The translations under genes were made by a program, and so were the position numbers. This document shows, piece by piece, positions 61,767 through 64,000 of a stretch of 64,000 bases of DNA; within the stretch, counting starts at the first letter, position 1, and the number at the start of each line of letters is the position of its first letter. Below the pieces are notes generated by a model. The model searched no databases, was not told where the DNA came from, and worked only from the letters and a program-made list of their open reading frames with translations. Where the stretch lies: assembly GCF_009914755.1 (NCBI RefSeq), contig NC_060938.1, one strand, 5' to 3'. Origin of the DNA: the human T2T-CHM13v2.0 reference genome, Homo sapiens.

Positions 61767-61810
<44 letters not shown>
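61767..61810. repeat. (TCTA)11 tetranucleotide STR
   Basis: 11 uninterrupted units followed by TCTG. Confidence 0.95.
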
Positions 61811-61813
<3 letters not shown>

Positions 61814-63339
61814 GTATTTTAACCTCGACAAATAAAGTTTAGAGAAACTCAGTGAATCTTCACTCTTTAAAATTACAGAAAAAATTGGTTTCATTACAAC
61901 TTTCTTAGAGTCTTTTAAAGATGACTAAAATGTCTGTCTCTGATTCTCCCAACCTTTCTCTAATTCTTTGACCTTGAGATTGAATATGCACCTTCCCTAA
62001 TCTTACTTTCTAATCTAAACATAACAACAAGTAAACATTGCATTTAAAAATATCCCAGCCATTCAGTATGAGTAAGTTTGGTTATTATAAACATTATGGG
62101 ATGATGAATACAAAGACACATTCCTGGAGTGATGAATTGCCTCCTGTAAGGACAAGTACAAATGATGAGTGTCTTTAAATTTGTAAGTAAGTCAGCTTTC
62201 TTTCTTTTATTTGCTAGACTCAATCTGTGTCAAAGTGACTCAAGTTTAGTTTCCACTTAAATAACATTTCAGAAAATAAATCACATTAACTCAGTGAGAT
62301 TTCTTGTTACTTCATACTACTGTTTTTCAAAATTACAAATTGTCTTGACACTAAGGTATTCACAATGATTAATTTGGCTGATTACTCAATTATTTCCTTC
62401 TAAAATTAGAAACTTCAAAGTGTTTTTAGATTTAAATGACGAGCATTCCAGTAATACTGTTGATCAATCATTTTATGTTAATGATTAAAAGCAGTAAATG
62501 TTCCTCTATTCGCCTTAGCTACTCCAAATAGTGTGTCAAACACAGCAAGCTCTATTTATTGTCATAGCATTTTAACATGGGCCACCAAGAGTGAGACAGC
62601 ATAGATTAAACACTGGTCAAGGAGTTTATATTCTTCACTCAATAACTGATTTCAGTGGTTTTGGGAAAGGACTACTCCATAATTAAAATGTGTTATTTAA
62701 TAAGCCATGCTATTTGGGCATTTGTTTTCTTCTAGAAATAAGTTTTGTGTTTTGAAAAGCTGCATTTTCAGGATTCTGTACAGCAGTGAGAAGATGATAA
62801 TTTCCTAAATGGTTCCAGCAGGCACTTAATTATTCACAGAGAATAATGTTGTGGAGAGTTAGTATATCTCATTGTAGGAGCCATAATTTAGATATTATAC
62901 AAATTAGTTTAATTAAGTTTTGAAATCATTAATTCGACACAGAAATGATCATGGTTGTTTAAATGATACAAACTAACAATAAGCTATTATGCATGAAGAA
63001 TAAATTTATCAATAAGTTACTTTGTTATAATAACAACTTCTCACGTCTTCATTTTATAGAATTCACTTCTGAGCCATTTCCTGGTGTTAAGATGGGAAAA
63101 AAACATAAGATGTATGGAAATTTTTCATCAAATGGCTATTCTTTCTCAATTATATTTCCTTCTTTCGCTTCTACCATATTTGTGCTTGAATACACAGTCA
63201 TCTTAAGTCTTCTATATGCACGTTATCTCCCTAGGTGATTTATTTTCATTTCATAGCTTTATATTTAAGCCACTGCTTGCTTTAGAATACCTATATTCAA
63301 CTGACAACTCAATATGAGATTTTTGACTTTGTCCTTCAA

Positions 63340-63715
63340 TTTTTTTCAACTTTTATTTTAAGTTCAGGGGCGTATGTGCAGGTTTGTTACGTAGATAAAC
63401 TTGTGTCATGGGGGTTGATTGTACAGATTATTTTATCACCCACACATTAAGCCTAGTACCCATTAGTTATTTTTTCTGATCCTCTTTCTCCTCCCACCCT
63501 GCACCTTCTGATAGGCCCCAGTGTGTGTTGTTTCTCTCTATGTGTCCATATGTTCTCATCATTTAGCTCCCGCTTATGAGGGAAAACATATAGTACTGGT
63601 TTTCTGTTTCTGTATTATTTTGCTAAGGATAATGGCCTCCATCTTCATGCATGTCTCTGCAAAGGACATAATCTCGTTTGTTTTTATGGCTGCATAGTAT
63701 TTCATTGTGTATATG
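63340..63715 (-). mobile_element. L1PA (13-15-like) 3' end, interrupted by MER50
   Basis: aacttttattttaagttcagggg..gtacagattattttatcaccc 3'UTR; ORF2 tail HIYTMKYYAAIK. Confidence 0.88.
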
Positions 63716-64000
63716 TGTGAGAGTAGATGGCTACTCAGGCATGAGCAGGGGAGGAGAGGGTTCCCCACATCCCCACCAGGAATGCCATGCAACCATCAGG
63801 TGATGGTCAGGTGGTTGTTAACCATCTCTCTAAAATAATAATTGTTCACATCCAGCACTAGGGAAAGCCTGTCTCCCAATGGATAGAAAAAACCTAAAAC
63901 TGGTGATCAGCATCTTCTCAACAAGGTCTTGGGAGTTGGGCAAGAGGGCTCCAGCATGCTCAAGCATGCACACTAAAAGGCGAAATGGCAGAGTTTAACT
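63716..64000 (+). mobile_element. MER50-type ERV1 LTR (runs off the window)
   Basis: tgtgagagtag..catgagcagggg..ccaggaatg..accatcaggtgatggtcaggtggttgtt. Confidence 0.8.

Overview
AT-rich, repeat-dense, gene-poor primate DNA, almost certainly human: it carries an AluYg6-type Alu, an L1PA2, an L1PA4 and a HERV-H LTR7. I find no intact protein-coding gene, RNA gene or CpG island. Nearly all long ORFs in the track are broken L1 ORF1/ORF2 pieces, Alu read-throughs or microsatellite artefacts. Main contents: a full-length but dead L1PA4 (8663-14632, -), a twin-primed inverted L1 (15621-16864), a 5'-truncated L1PA2 with a short non-L1 3' tag (42787-44307), five Alus (all + strand), several solo LTRs (LTR7, THE1, MLT1, MLT2, MER50, an ERV1-type LTR), a MaLR/ERVL internal segment, MER58A and MER47-type DNA elements, and old L1M/L2/MIR relics. 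The most unusual locus is 47.3-49.0 kb. There a processed pseudogene of mitochondrial ribosomal protein MRPL54 sits in a (TA/CA)n tract next to an MLT2 LTR, with a second 64-bp MRPL54 fragment that keeps bases the main copy lost, and a 65-bp fold-back inverted duplication. I see no evidence of a new biological system. Repeat subfamily names and the MRPL54 match come from remembered consensus sequences and need RepeatMasker/BLAST confirmation.
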